The notes under the pieces are model-generated. The model had not been told where the DNA came from. It ran no database searches and was given only the letters and a program-made list of their open reading frames with translations. 41,435 nucleotides of DNA from a virus: IMG/VR virus record IMGVR_UViG_3300045988_025362, positions 1-41,435 of that record; one strand, 5' to 3'. Positions within the stretch are counted from its first letter, which is position 1; each line of letters begins with the position of its first letter. A program made the translations under genes and the position numbers. This document shows, piece by piece, positions 41,412 through 41,435 of the stretch.

Positions 41412-41435
41412 GTGGGCGATGAGGGACTCGAACCC
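41412..41435 (-). tRNA. 3' end of a tRNA gene truncated by the window edge; also the right att core copy
   Basis: The reverse complement GGGTTCGAGTCCCTCATCGCCCAC gives T-loop TTCGAGT, T-stem CCCTC, acceptor ATCGCCC and discriminator A. The anticodon is not visible, so the identity is unknown. Confidence 0.6.

Larger units (their letters stand above)
1..41435. mobile_element. Integrated temperate siphovirus-type prophage, apparently complete (attL to attR)
   Basis: An identical 24-bp direct repeat sits at both ends and a tyrosine integrase abuts the right repeat. Lysogeny, recombination, replication, packaging, head, tail and lysis modules lie between the repeats in canonical order without interruption. 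Confidence 0.9.

Overview
This window holds one apparently complete temperate siphovirus-type prophage of about 41.4 kb, with HK97-like head genes and a long non-contractile tail. The host is a high-GC Gram-positive, probably actinobacterial and Bifidobacterium-like; that is an inference from composition and protein style only. The window starts and ends with the same 24 bp (1-24 = 41412-41435). This repeat is the reverse complement of a tRNA T-arm and acceptor 3' end, so it marks attL/attR of an element integrated into a minus-strand tRNA gene whose body lies beyond the right edge. Gene order, left to right: (1) att arm repeats. (2) Accessory genes: an orphan ImmA-like peptidase plus a membrane protein, a wHTH-like protein, and a HEPN-like protein in an AT-rich island. 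(3) A leftward immunity operon (XRE repressor, ImmA protease, small protein) facing a Cro-like early operon across a perfect 12-bp inverted-repeat operator. (4) Early genes, including a pentapeptide-repeat protein, a Bro/KilAC antirepressor and an Xis-like HTH. (5) An Exo-RecT-SSB recombination module, PD-(D/E)XK nucleases and a small orphan methyltransferase. (6) A replication-organiser-like gene containing an ori-like repeat cluster. (7) HNH, TerS, TerL, portal, protease, capsid and connectors. (8) Major tail protein, a G/GT chaperone with a G_GGA_AAA -1 frameshift site, tape measure, Dit, a 1632-aa Tal/fibre and small fibre-associated genes. (9) The lysis cassette. (10) A leftward accessory island (a frameshifted adenine methyltransferase, two unknown genes behind an identical duplicated promoter-operator, and an XRE regulator), followed by the tyrosine integrase. 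The most noteworthy observations are three. First, two homopolymer tracts (G10 in a fibre-associated gene, C9 in the methyltransferase) each sit exactly one base off the conserved reading frame. Second, the accessory island carries a duplicated 45-bp promoter/operator cassette. Third, candidate defence-type morons lie next to attL. All functional calls come from motif recognition by eye; no database or structure search was possible.
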